From: Patescibacteria group bacterium
Lineage (GTDB): Bacteria; Patescibacteriota; Microgenomatia; UBA12405
NCBI GenBank assembly: GCA_013387215.1
Contig: WARW01000022.1
Location: forward strand, 5,357-69,356
Reading direction: 5' to 3'
Length of the DNA: 64,000 nucleotides
Shown here one piece after another: positions 1 through 8,994 of this stretch (its first letter is position 1; each line of letters opens with the position of its first letter). Under the pieces are notes generated by a model. That model was not told where the DNA came from, made no database searches, and saw only the letters and a list, made by a program, of their open reading frames with translations. Position numbers and translations under genes: made by a program.

Positions 1-360
1 ATAAACAACGTCATATCCTTCACACCATTTGTTATAAAATTTTTCGATTATTTCTGGAGGATCTTGAAGATCGCCGTCTAAAAATACAATTGCGTCTCCA
101 GTTGAAATGTCCATTCCGCTAGTGAATGCCATTTGTGAACTGAAATTTCGAGAATGAGTTACGGCAATTGTATGTTTATCTTTATCAACAATTTTTTTTA
201 AAACTGACTCTGAATTGTCTGGGCTGCCATCATTAATAAATATAATTTCATAATCTACACCAATTTTTTGAAATGTTTTTTCGAGACGGTCATGCATTAA
301 AGGAATAGCTTTTTCATCTCGGTAACAAGCAATGATGGCGGAGATTTTTTTAGTTTTCAT
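1..360 (-). CDS. GT2 polyprenyl-phosphate glycosyltransferase (GtrB/ArnC/DPM1-like), partial; C-terminus lies outside the window
   Basis: Reverse-complement of 1..360 translates in frame from ATG at 358..360 as MKTKKISAIIACYRDEKAIPLMHDRLEKTFQKIGVDYEIIFINDGSPDNSESVLKKIV... This is a classic GT2 N-terminus (hydrophobic strand, YEII..DDGS.D.S). The ORF is open to the window edge. Confidence 0.75.
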   Translation of the reverse strand, partial: MKTKKISAIIACYRDEKAIPLMHDRLEKTFQKIGVDYEIIFINDGSPDNSESVLKKIVDKDKHTIAVTHSRNFSSQMAFTSGMDISTGDAIVFLDGDLQDPPEIIEKFYNKWCEGYDVVY

Positions 361-361
361 A

Positions 362-859
362 TTAACGTTTTAAATTAATATACCAAGGTTGGTCTCCATT
401 TAACATTTTTGGAACTAATTCTGAGACTTCATCTGCTGATTCTGGCCAAACAGATTTTATATTTTTAAATATTTTCATCACTTCTCCATCCTCTTCTGAC
501 CAATGTGAAAAACCATCATGGGAATAATCTTTATCTCTTCCTGAACCAACTAAAATCATTGGTGTTTTTTCATGATCTACATAATTTCGTATTGTCTCGA
601 ATGGTCGATATAAAAGGAATGGAGTGATAGAAAAAACGATTGGCAGCTTTCCTTCTAGCGAAAGACCTGTGGCGATTCCAATTAGAGATTGTTCAGCTGC
701 ACCAACATTAAAGAATCGATCTGGGTACTCAGTTCTAATTTGATCCCAAATTCGATAACCAAGATCGCCTGTAACAACGACAATTCTTTTATCATTTTTC
801 ATCGCTTGATAAATTTCATCAGCAAAGCGTCGTCTTAGATTTTGATTATAGTCGATCAT
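362..859 (-). CDS. Transketolase C-terminal-section subunit (pyrimidine-binding domain only; short)
   Basis: GAAEQSLIGIATGLSLEGKLPIVFSITPFLLYRPFETIRNY is the transketolase Pyr-domain signature. It overlaps the upstream subunit gene by 4 nt. At 165 aa it lacks the usual C-terminal domain. Confidence 0.75.
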   Translation of the reverse strand: MIDYNQNLRRRFADEIYQAMKNDKRIVVVTGDLGYRIWDQIRTEYPDRFFNVGAAEQSLIGIATGLSLEGKLPIVFSITPFLLYRPFETIRNYVDHEKTPMILVGSGRDKDYSHDGFSHWSEEDGEVMKIFKNIKSVWPESADEVSELVPKMLNGDQPWYINLKR

Positions 860-1572
860 TTTAATGTCTCCATAGCTAATTCATAATCAGTGTTTTTCAT
901 AGTACAGTAATGAGCATCAAGACCATTTAAGAAGTGAAGCTGTTCTGAGGATGTTTTAGCAAAGATAATTGTTGGAGAGGTATTTTCTAATTTTAATTTG
1001 TCGACAATTTCGTTCGTATTGTGGCCGTTAGCTTTGATAATTTTGAAACCGAAACCTTTAAACCGATTTAATAAATCTTTTGAAGACACAGGATCATATG
1101 CTCCCCAACCGTTTATCGAGGCAATAATTTTTAGATTATTAACTTTCATATCATGAATAATACGTAAACTTTCCCAAATGCTTCCTTCTGCACATTCGCC
1201 ATCTGAAATTAGACAATATACATTTTTATTACGGTTTGCTAAGGCTATTCCAACCGCTATTGGTAACCCTTGTCCAAGACTGCCAGTGGAAACATCAATA
1301 CCAAGTGATGGGTTTCTGTCTGGGTGAACACCTAAAACGTGTAAATCTGGATCTTTTAAAAAGCCATATTTTTCAAGAACTGTGTATAAAGCACTAGCTG
1401 CATGTCCGTTGGAAAGTATAAATTTTTCATCTCTTTTTTTTACGGAATAAACAGCATCGATAATATCGATAACACTTAAGCAAGAACCGATGTGCGAGGC
1501 GTTGAATTTATATATAATTTCTAAAAGTCTTTTGCGAATTTGTTTTTGGTTTTTAGTTAAATTATTTTTCAT
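856..1572 (-). CDS. Transketolase N-terminal-section subunit (ThDP-binding)
   Basis: SNGHAASALYTVL, GSLGQGLPIAVGIALA and ISDGECAEGSIWESL are ThDP-binding PP-domain motifs (G-D-G..E/N). The gene is paired with 362..859 as a split transketolase. Confidence 0.8.
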   Translation of the reverse strand: MKNNLTKNQKQIRKRLLEIIYKFNASHIGSCLSVIDIIDAVYSVKKRDEKFILSNGHAASALYTVLEKYGFLKDPDLHVLGVHPDRNPSLGIDVSTGSLGQGLPIAVGIALANRNKNVYCLISDGECAEGSIWESLRIIHDMKVNNLKIIASINGWGAYDPVSSKDLLNRFKGFGFKIIKANGHNTNEIVDKLKLENTSPTIIFAKTSSEQLHFLNGLDAHYCTMKNTDYELAMETLK

Positions 1573-2462
1573 TTTTGAGCTTCTATACAGATATTACCTA
1601 ATTTTAGATTTATTTGTTGCTCTAAATATTTCGAATGTGAGTTTAATATTTTTAATTTTATAAGCCTAGGAAGCGGCATCAGCCAGAATAGATGCTTTAT
1701 GGACAATGTGTTTTTAGGAGAATAAATTCTAAGTGTTTTAAAACCATTTTTTTTGAAAATTACATTAATAGTTTTAGGGCTATAAAGGCAAGTATGCTCT
1801 ATATCAATAATCGGACTTTTTTCGCCTAGAATTTTGGAAGATAAGCTGTCTATGTTGTGATTAAACGAAAGTATAAAACCATTAGGTTTAAGAATTTTAA
1901 AACATTCTTTTAAATAATCATTTGGATTAGGAATATGGTCAAAAGTTTGAAAAAAGAAAATGAAATCAAAACTTTTTGGCTCAAATAAACCTGGCTTAAG
2001 AATGTTGATTTTAATATTTTTTTTAATTAATTTACTAGATTTATTAACAGCATCAATACTTGGTTCGACTCCAAATACATTTTTATAACCAAGTTTATAT
2101 ATCTTTTCTAAGACAAATCCATTGCCACAACCAATCTCTAAAATTTTTGCATTTTTAGGTATTTTTTTAAGTATTGGTTTTACACTATTTATATATGTAG
2201 ATGTTAGACTTTTTATTTCATCATCATAAGTGAGAAGACTTTTTTCATATAGTTTACTTAAAACATTACTATCTGCAACTGGATTAGATCGAACAAGTCC
2301 GCAAATTTTACATTTAACTAATTGATAGTGAATTTTATCTGGTAAGCGTCTGGCAGAAAAGACTTCTGTGTTAAGATCGCTAATCCTAAAATTTTTATAA
2401 TAGAGAATTTTATATTTTTTTTCACTTCCACAAATAGAACACTTGACGTTTTTAAGTTTCAT
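1569..2462 (-). CDS. Class I SAM-dependent methyltransferase with N-terminal Zn ribbon (TylCIII/NovU-type NDP-sugar methyltransferase-like)
   Basis: The N-terminus has C-x2-C ... C-x2-C (CSICGS...KCKICGLV), resembling the Methyltransf_13 zinc-binding domain. Motif I is LEIGCGNGF. It overlaps the transketolase gene by 4 nt. Confidence 0.65.
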   Translation of the reverse strand: MKLKNVKCSICGSEKKYKILYYKNFRISDLNTEVFSARRLPDKIHYQLVKCKICGLVRSNPVADSNVLSKLYEKSLLTYDDEIKSLTSTYINSVKPILKKIPKNAKILEIGCGNGFVLEKIYKLGYKNVFGVEPSIDAVNKSSKLIKKNIKINILKPGLFEPKSFDFIFFFQTFDHIPNPNDYLKECFKILKPNGFILSFNHNIDSLSSKILGEKSPIIDIEHTCLYSPKTINVIFKKNGFKTLRIYSPKNTLSIKHLFWLMPLPRLIKLKILNSHSKYLEQQINLKLGNICIEAQK

Positions 2463-2463
2463 A

Positions 2464-3399
2464 TTAATAAAATTTATGATTATTTTGAAACCAATCCCAA
2501 GTTAACTTTATCCCAGATTCTAGGTTAGTTTTAGGAATCCATTTTAATAACTGTCTGGCTTTGGAAATATCCGCAACCCAATTATTGGTATCCCAATTTC
2601 TGTTTTCCATACTTCCCCATTTAAAATTAGTGTTGCAACCAGTTACTTTGATAGCAGTTTCAATGACTTCTTTTATAGTTGATTGAACTCCTGTACCAAT
2701 ATTAAAATATTCTCCTGGATTGTTTTTAAGTTCATTGATTTTTAGATAAGCATCTACCATGTCGTCGATGTAAATTTGGTCTCGGGCTGTTTCTGGTGCT
2801 ACTAAATTCATTTCTTCTTTAAATAAGAGTGATTTCATTAGGGTTGGAAAAAATCTTTTCGGCTCTTCATATGGGCCATAAACTGAAAATGGACGGATGG
2901 TAACGATTGGTCTTTTTTCTTGTTTAGCTATATGGCTGCAAAGCAAAGTTTGAGCACATTTGGTGACAGCGTAATAACTTGCAGGTTCAACAATGTCAGT
3001 TTCCCTCATAGCAAAGCTTTTAAATCCATATTCAGAGGAACTGCCAGTATTCACAAATAAGTCATAGTTGATTTGATTGCAAGCTTGAAGCAAATTCCAG
3101 GTACCTAAAATATTAGTTTCAATGATAGCATTGGCGTCTTTTTGATAAGAATATGCACCATTTGTAGCAAGATGATAAATAATATTTGGATGAATCTTTT
3201 CTACTATTTCTGAGAGTTGAACAACATTTGAAAGATCTGAGTGATATATGGTTACTTTATCCAATAGGTCGTTGATTCTCCACGTATTTGATTGCTCTCT
3301 TAATATGATATGAACATTTTCTTTTTGGTCAACCAATTTTCTTAATAAAACTGAACCAATAAATCCTGAAGAACCAGTAATTAAATATGTTTTATTCAT
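2464..3399 (-). CDS. NAD(P)-dependent epimerase/dehydratase (extended SDR; NDP-sugar 4,6-dehydratase or 4-epimerase-like)
   Basis: TGSSGFIGSVLLRKL is the Rossmann GxxGxxG motif and YYAVTK is the catalytic YxxxK. Length is about 311 aa. Confidence 0.8.
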   Translation of the reverse strand: MNKTYLITGSSGFIGSVLLRKLVDQKENVHIILREQSNTWRINDLLDKVTIYHSDLSNVVQLSEIVEKIHPNIIYHLATNGAYSYQKDANAIIETNILGTWNLLQACNQINYDLFVNTGSSSEYGFKSFAMRETDIVEPASYYAVTKCAQTLLCSHIAKQEKRPIVTIRPFSVYGPYEEPKRFFPTLMKSLLFKEEMNLVAPETARDQIYIDDMVDAYLKINELKNNPGEYFNIGTGVQSTIKEVIETAIKVTGCNTNFKWGSMENRNWDTNNWVADISKARQLLKWIPKTNLESGIKLTWDWFQNNHKFY

Positions 3400-3480
3400 T
3401 AAATATTTTATTTGAGAATATTCGTGTTTTGGTTAACAATTCACTCATTTTAATACTATTTTATATATAATAGCAACTGT
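3400..3480. promoter_or_regulatory. Divergent intergenic region (putative promoters)
   Basis: This is an 81-bp AT-rich gap between the minus-strand SDR gene and the plus-strand membrane-protein gene. It has TATATATAAT-like stretches. Confidence 0.3.
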
Positions 3481-5358
3481 ATGTTTAATTTCGATAAAAT
3501 TATTTCTAAAAAGAAAAACCATCTTTTTGGTTTATTTTTATTATTAATAATAGGATTTGTTGTTTTTGATAATTTTTCTAAAGCTTGGATAGTTGAATCT
3601 GATTCATTACATTTTTATATTTTAGCTAGAAGTGGAGGTTTCTTTGACTTAATTAGAAATTTCTTTCTTTCTGATTTATCTTTAGGTCGATCGACTTTTT
3701 TTATTGCAATCTGGTATAGGATTACGTTTATTTTTGATAATTTTATATATTTCAAAACGGTTTATTTTTTATTTTTAAGCTTAGATATAATTCTGTTTTC
3801 GTTTTTACTAAAAAAGATTTTTGGCTTTTCGAAAATGTTTTTATTTATACCCTTACTTATATTATTGTGTTTTTTACAAAATAGTTGGCATCCAAATGGA
3901 GTAGTTGTTTTTTCAAATGTATTTTCCGGATCATTAAGTTTTTTATTTCTTTCATTGATTTTATATATAAAGTATCTTGAAACAAACAAAAAATATTATA
4001 ATTTTTTAAGTTTGTTTTTGTATACGTGTTCATTGTTCACATATGAATTGTATGTTTTATATTTTTTGTTTTTCATAGCAGTGGCGATAAAAAATTTAAA
4101 TAAAAATAATGGATTTAAGGATTTAATTAATAAAATAAAATTCCAAGTTTTACTACTTTCTTTATATCTCTTTGTTTATTTCTTAGTTAAGCATTTTGCA
4201 TCATCTAGTTATGCTGGTGTTACGGTAAGTGGTAGATTTAGCTTAATTAATTCTGTGAAAACAATTTGGCAATTTAGTGTTTCTTCTATTCCTGGGTATA
4301 TGTTGATTTTTGATAAATGGGCTGGAAACATGGAATTGTTTAAAAACACAATGTTTTATGGTTACAGATCCATACTCTTAAATATTCAACCTATATGGAT
4401 TATAAAGTTTGTTTCTGTTTTTAGTTTATTTTATATAGTTACAAAAAATACTAAGCCCGAAAAAAACTATAAGTTCTATATTTTAAATTTAATTTTAGGA
4501 ATAACTTATTTTTTTATACCTCCGGTTTTATTGTCGTTAACGTCACATTACCAGAACATCGTTTTAAACAATGTTTTTTTATCTGAGCCAGTAACGTTGT
4601 TTTCTTTTTTTGCTTTTGTTTATGTTTTTGTTACTTTATTAATTATATTAATAAAATTAATAAATAATTTTTATTTAAAAAATTATTTATTAATGTTTAT
4701 TGGTCTTTGTATTGCGTGTATAGGGCTCGCTGTAGATTATTCAAATTTTGGTTATTCACAATCACAGGAATTGTCGCATTATAAATGGGAAATTGTTAAT
4801 AGGTTTATTAATACTAATGAGTTTAATAATATTCCTGAAAACTCATTTATATATGCTCCAACTCTGTTTAATGGTATCGGTACTGTTGTTGTTGATGATG
4901 ATGATTATTGGAGTAATTATGTATATGTGAAAAGTGGAAAAAAAATTATAATTACAAAAGATATCAGTAAAATTAGCTTAAATAATGGGTATTTTTTAAA
5001 GTATGATCAACAATTGAAAGATAAAGAACAATATCTGGTATTTTCTAAAGTGTTTGCACTTGATGAAACAAAAAAACTTTTCTATTCCAGTAATGCAGAT
5101 ATATATTATTATTCAAAATATAATAATTTTAATATCTTAGGTTATTTTGACGGTTCCAAATGCAAAAAAAAGGAAGAAATTCAAATTGAAAATAAAAAAG
5201 TGCCTGATGTTTCAAATAATTTTGTTTATAATATTGATCCTTCAAATTTTAAAGTTGAAAATAGTTTGAAGAGAATTAATGTTTCATCTCAAGATAAGTG
5301 CGGCTCATTGCGCTTAAATGATTTTGTCGTTTTTCCTGGTTATATTAATAATCAATAG
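3481..5358 (+). CDS. Polytopic membrane protein with C-terminal soluble domain, unknown family (possible GT-C-like)
   Basis: The 625-aa ORF has a very hydrophobic N-terminal about 400 aa with many predicted TM segments and a soluble C-terminal about 200 aa. I recognised no catalytic motif. Confidence 0.5.
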   Translation: MFNFDKIISKKKNHLFGLFLLLIIGFVVFDNFSKAWIVESDSLHFYILARSGGFFDLIRNFFLSDLSLGRSTFFIAIWYRITFIFDNFIYFKTVYFLFLSLDIILFSFLLKKIFGFSKMFLFIPLLILLCFLQNSWHPNGVVVFSNVFSGSLSFLFLSLILYIKYLETNKKYYNFLSLFLYTCSLFTYELYVLYFLFFIAVAIKNLNKNNGFKDLINKIKFQVLLLSLYLFVYFLVKHFASSSYAGVTVSGRFSLINSVKTIWQFSVSSIPGYMLIFDKWAGNMELFKNTMFYGYRSILLNIQPIWIIKFVSVFSLFYIVTKNTKPEKNYKFYILNLILGITYFFIPPVLLSLTSHYQNIVLNNVFLSEPVTLFSFFAFVYVFVTLLIILIKLINNFYLKNYLLMFIGLCIACIGLAVDYSNFGYSQSQELSHYKWEIVNRFINTNEFNNIPENSFIYAPTLFNGIGTVVVDDDDYWSNYVYVKSGKKIIITKDISKISLNNGYFLKYDQQLKDKEQYLVFSKVFALDETKKLFYSSNADIYYYSKYNNFNILGYFDGSKCKKKEEIQIENKKVPDVSNNFVYNIDPSNFKVENSLKRINVSSQDKCGSLRLNDFVVFPGYINNQ

Positions 5359-5362
5359 AGAG

Positions 5363-6058
5363 TTATTTATTTTTTTTGAGAACAAGTTCCCAGCCATAAA
5401 AATAACCTCTTTTCAAGGTTAGTTCTTTTCTAAAAACATTGGCTAAATATGATATTTCTTCTTTTTCTATATATTGAATTCCTCTACCTTTAAAATCAAA
5501 TAAATTTTCAAACCACAACCAATCATCTTCAATGGGAGAACAAGATAATAACTCGAAACCATTTTGGGAAAAAAGTTTAACAATAGAGTCTTTGGTAAGT
5601 TTTTGAATATGTCCTCCACCTTCTGGATGAATCAGGTGATAAAAAATATCTGTAAAATTAGTTGACTCTGGAAAAGCAGCATAAACTATGCCATTTGGCT
5701 TAATAATACTAGTTATTCCCTTAATAAGATTTTCTGGATTAGTCACATGTTCGAGAACATGATTAGCGACAACCATGTCAAATTTTTTGTCCCAATTAAC
5801 AATTCTTTTAAAGAATTTTTTAAAAGGCAGGTTTATATATTTTTCGATTTTATCTTTTGGTTTGATTTCGTGAAGGCAAGATGCGTCAAGCTTGTATATA
5901 TTTACATTTTTAGGAAAATGTTTCGGAAAGAAATAAAGATCTATTCCTGTAATCTTGGCTTTTTGATCAATTAATGACCACCAGTGACTTCCGTTTGGTC
6001 CTGTGCCAATATCAAATATATTTTGTTTATTTTTTAAATATTTTTTTATGCCTATCAT
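5363..6058 (-). CDS. Class I SAM-dependent methyltransferase
   Basis: DIGTGPNG is motif I and VVANHVLEHV is the post-I acidic/hydrophobic motif typical of Methyltransf_11/23. The stop overlaps the upstream fusion gene by 4 nt. Confidence 0.7.
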   Translation of the reverse strand: MIGIKKYLKNKQNIFDIGTGPNGSHWWSLIDQKAKITGIDLYFFPKHFPKNVNIYKLDASCLHEIKPKDKIEKYINLPFKKFFKRIVNWDKKFDMVVANHVLEHVTNPENLIKGITSIIKPNGIVYAAFPESTNFTDIFYHLIHPEGGGHIQKLTKDSIVKLFSQNGFELLSCSPIEDDWLWFENLFDFKGRGIQYIEKEEISYLANVFRKELTLKRGYFYGWELVLKKNK

Positions 6059-8931
6059 TTATTTTCTGGTAAATAATGATGTTTCTGCCAAGTTGTATTC
6101 CATTTATCTTCAAATAATTTTTTATTAGTTTCAAAAATTATTTTATATTCATCGGTTTCAATTTTTTTAAATGAAGCTCCTCCAAAATGATGAATAAAGA
6201 TATCCCGTGCGCAAAGTATTCTGAGACCAGCAAGCTTAACTCGATGACAATAATCATCATCTTCAAATAATCCCCTGCCAAACCTTTCATCCAAATTGCC
6301 TATCGATTGATGAGTGTTTTTGGACATTATCCAGCAAAAAGCGGCTATGTTTCCAAGTTCTAATGATTTACCCCAATTTGCAGAAGTATATTCTCTTGCT
6401 TTTGATTCAAGTTTTTTTTGATTTTTAGGATCGTAGTCTATGTCTATTTTTGCCTCATTTCCAATACTATTAGTTACAGGACCAACTAATCCTACATTAT
6501 TTTTTTTACAATAAAAAATTAAACGAGTAATCCACCCTGGTGTAATTAATACATCGTTATTAAGTAAAATTATATAATCTCCAGAGGCTTCACTTAATCC
6601 AATATTATTGCCTTTTGCAAAACCATAATTATTTTTATTAAAAATTATTTTAACGTTCTTGTTTTTTGAATATTCTTTAATAACCTTCTTTGTTTCATGG
6701 TCTGAATTGTTATCAACAATTATTAGTTCGTAATTAGGAAAGAATGTTCGTTTTAAAATACTATCAATAGTGTTTCTGGTCATTTCCGGATTATTGTAAG
6801 TAAGTAAAATAATGCTAGTTTTAGGGAAAATATTATTTTTAATAATTTCTAATAACTGTTCTGCTCGTTTATCCCAGGTGTTGTTTTTGGCAATTAATTG
6901 TCTTTCTTCAATATTTTTATTCTTGTTTTTTATGGCTAATTTAATTTGATTGCTAAAATTTGTTTTATTACTGAAATAAATATTGTCTTTAAATTCTAAG
7001 ATTTCAGGCATTTCTGTGGTTACAACTGGTTTTCCAGCCGCAAAATATTCAAAAATTTTTACTGGATGAGTTGCTTTAATTAATTCATTCAAAATAAAAG
7101 GAATCATGCATACATCAAAGTGTTGTAGGTATGAAGGTAATGAATCATATGGTTTTTCGCCAAGCAGATGAATGTTTTTATATTTATTAGCAAGCTTCTC
7201 GATTTTATCGTTAGTTACATTACCAATCAATACAAAGGAAATGTCTCTATTTTTTTGAGCAATATCTTCTAAGATTTCTGTATCAAACCACTCTGCTATC
7301 GCACCATAATAGCCAACAATTGGTTGTGAAATATTTTTTAAATCATCGGGGATATTAAACGTGCAATGACTAGCAGTTTCGAAATGATTATAATCACCAG
7401 CATTTTTAATCAAAGAGATGCTCTTTGCTTGTTTGTTTTGGGCTAATTTTTCTAAATAATTAGACGTGGTAATTGTAATGTCTGATTCAGTAAACAGTTT
7501 TTGTTCCAAATCAATATTATTTGTTCCGTTTTCATTAAAACCTTGATGATTATCCATACAATCATATACAGAAGGCATTGCTATATCATTTAAAATATGA
7601 GCCCAAAATGGATGATCTATTTTTGCAATAGGATTAATAATATTAGCTTTATATAACAATGTTTTAATTGAAGCTAAAATAATTTTTTTATCAGTTGCTG
7701 AGGGGGTTTCATTATAAATGAAGAGATTTCTAGATGCAGAGAGTGTTACTGCATAAACATTATTTGTTTTTTTAACTATTTTAATTGGTGCAAAGACATT
7801 CTTTGCATTTTTATATGGAAGAAATTCGTTTTCAATATAAAAAACTCGATTGTTTTTTGTTGCAATATTTGCTGCTAATTGTTGGGGTCTTTGATATCTA
7901 AAATCCCAAGAGATAACGCTAAAATTAATTAAATCAATACTATCTTCACTTCTTTTATTGTTTCTCCATTCTTCTAAAATTTCTTTAGAAATGTTGATTT
8001 TTGGGTTATTAAATAATTTTGCGCTAATGGTGGCTTTAAGTTGTTTTCTTAGTTTAATTGGTATAATTTTCTTTACAATTTTTTTGATTAAAAAACTAAT
8101 TTTTTTGTATATGCTTAATATTTTCCAAGTTTTTGATGCATAAATTTTGTTTAGAGTTTGAGAGTATTCAGTAATCTGTTTTTCGTCTTGATTTACTTTT
8201 TGAGTTAATGAATCAACATTTTTTGTAAGTATTTCATTCTGTTTTTGAATTGTTGATATAAACACATCACTATTCTCTTTTTTATTTATAGTCGAATAAG
8301 CAGGTATACTGGAAAGATCAGTGTTTTTGATATTAGAATATACTAATATTAGCTGTTTTCCTGGCCAAAAGGTGTTTTGTATACGTGATGTATCTGTGAC
8401 TCTAAAAAATGATAGATAAAAATCTTTTTCCTGGAGATTAAAACTATCAAAATCAAAACTAGACAAATGTTCTTTAAATTTATTTTTTTCTTGAAATGGT
8501 ATTTGAAGGATTAAATATTTTTTTGTTTTTACTAACAACTTTTCAAGTTTTTCTTTTGGATTTTCAAAATGTTCTAATGTATTAGAACAATATAAGACGT
8601 CGTAAGATTTAGACAATTCATTTATATCTTCAACTCTGAATTGTAAATTTGGATATTTCTTTTTAGCTTTATTTATTGCAATCTTTGAAAAATCGACTCC
8701 TTCTGCTTTTATCTTTTTAAATTTTTTAGAAAAAATTTCAACACATTGACCTTCAGCGCAACCTATATCACAAAGCGTAAGTTTGTTATTTTCAAACTCG
8801 TTTATCAACCAACTAGGTAGATTTTTTAGTGCAATATTACAAAAAAAGCTTGTTTGTTCTGGTCCGCTGTTTGTTTCCCAATCGGTTTCGAACCTGTTAT
8901 CCCAATAGTTTTTATCATTTATTTTTGTCAT
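6055..8931 (-). CDS. Multidomain methyltransferase / coiled-coil / GT4 / GT2 glycosyltransferase fusion (WbdD/WbbB-like architecture)
   Basis: The N-terminus carries LCDIGCAEGQ...VLYCSNTLEHFENP, a SAM methyltransferase domain. The middle is K/E/Q-rich, a predicted coiled coil. A GT4 core follows (FDVCMIPFI...IFEYFAAGKPVVTTEMPEI). The C-terminus is GT2 (SIILLTYNN...ELIIVDNNSDHET...LLNNDVL...EDDDYC). Confidence 0.75.
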   Translation of the reverse strand: MTKINDKNYWDNRFETDWETNSGPEQTSFFCNIALKNLPSWLINEFENNKLTLCDIGCAEGQCVEIFSKKFKKIKAEGVDFSKIAINKAKKKYPNLQFRVEDINELSKSYDVLYCSNTLEHFENPKEKLEKLLVKTKKYLILQIPFQEKNKFKEHLSSFDFDSFNLQEKDFYLSFFRVTDTSRIQNTFWPGKQLILVYSNIKNTDLSSIPAYSTINKKENSDVFISTIQKQNEILTKNVDSLTQKVNQDEKQITEYSQTLNKIYASKTWKILSIYKKISFLIKKIVKKIIPIKLRKQLKATISAKLFNNPKINISKEILEEWRNNKRSEDSIDLINFSVISWDFRYQRPQQLAANIATKNNRVFYIENEFLPYKNAKNVFAPIKIVKKTNNVYAVTLSASRNLFIYNETPSATDKKIILASIKTLLYKANIINPIAKIDHPFWAHILNDIAMPSVYDCMDNHQGFNENGTNNIDLEQKLFTESDITITTSNYLEKLAQNKQAKSISLIKNAGDYNHFETASHCTFNIPDDLKNISQPIVGYYGAIAEWFDTEILEDIAQKNRDISFVLIGNVTNDKIEKLANKYKNIHLLGEKPYDSLPSYLQHFDVCMIPFILNELIKATHPVKIFEYFAAGKPVVTTEMPEILEFKDNIYFSNKTNFSNQIKLAIKNKNKNIEERQLIAKNNTWDKRAEQLLEIIKNNIFPKTSIILLTYNNPEMTRNTIDSILKRTFFPNYELIIVDNNSDHETKKVIKEYSKNKNVKIIFNKNNYGFAKGNNIGLSEASGDYIILLNNDVLITPGWITRLIFYCKKNNVGLVGPVTNSIGNEAKIDIDYDPKNQKKLESKAREYTSANWGKSLELGNIAAFCWIMSKNTHQSIGNLDERFGRGLFEDDDYCHRVKLAGLRILCARDIFIHHFGGASFKKIETDEYKIIFETNKKLFEDKWNTTWQKHHYLPENK

Positions 8932-8994
8932 ATGAGTTTAATTTTACGTAACTTATTATAACTTTTTTTTAAATGTTGGATACCGGCGGTTTGT
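8932..8994. promoter_or_regulatory. Divergent intergenic region (putative bidirectional promoter) between the MT-GT fusion gene and the radical SAM/SPASM gene
   Basis: This is a 63-bp AT-rich gap between divergently transcribed genes. I defined no -10/-35 elements. Confidence 0.3.

Noticed and set aside
362-859. Transketolase C-terminal subunit as a truncated pseudogene, since at 165 aa it lacks the C-terminal domain
   Set aside because: It is in frame, translationally coupled to the N-terminal subunit, and keeps the complete pyrimidine-binding motif block. A compact functional form fits the general domain minimisation seen across this locus, for example the 234-aa SDR and the 243-aa Wzt.
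3400-3480. The only intergenic gap large enough (81 bp) to hold a tRNA or small RNA
   Set aside because: The sequence is AT-rich with no GC-rich stems or a T-loop (GTTCRANYC-like) motif. It is better explained as a divergent promoter region.
3762-3989. Short antisense or alternate-frame ORFs from the six-frame track inside larger genes (3762..3989, 4748..4930, 5747..5974, 7958..8143, 9144..9428, 13520..13735, 14024..14242, 14615..14887)
   Set aside because: Each lies wholly within a longer ORF that has clear domain signatures on the other strand or frame. They are AT-rich and low-complexity (K/N/I/F-rich), and have no independent start context or conservation signal.
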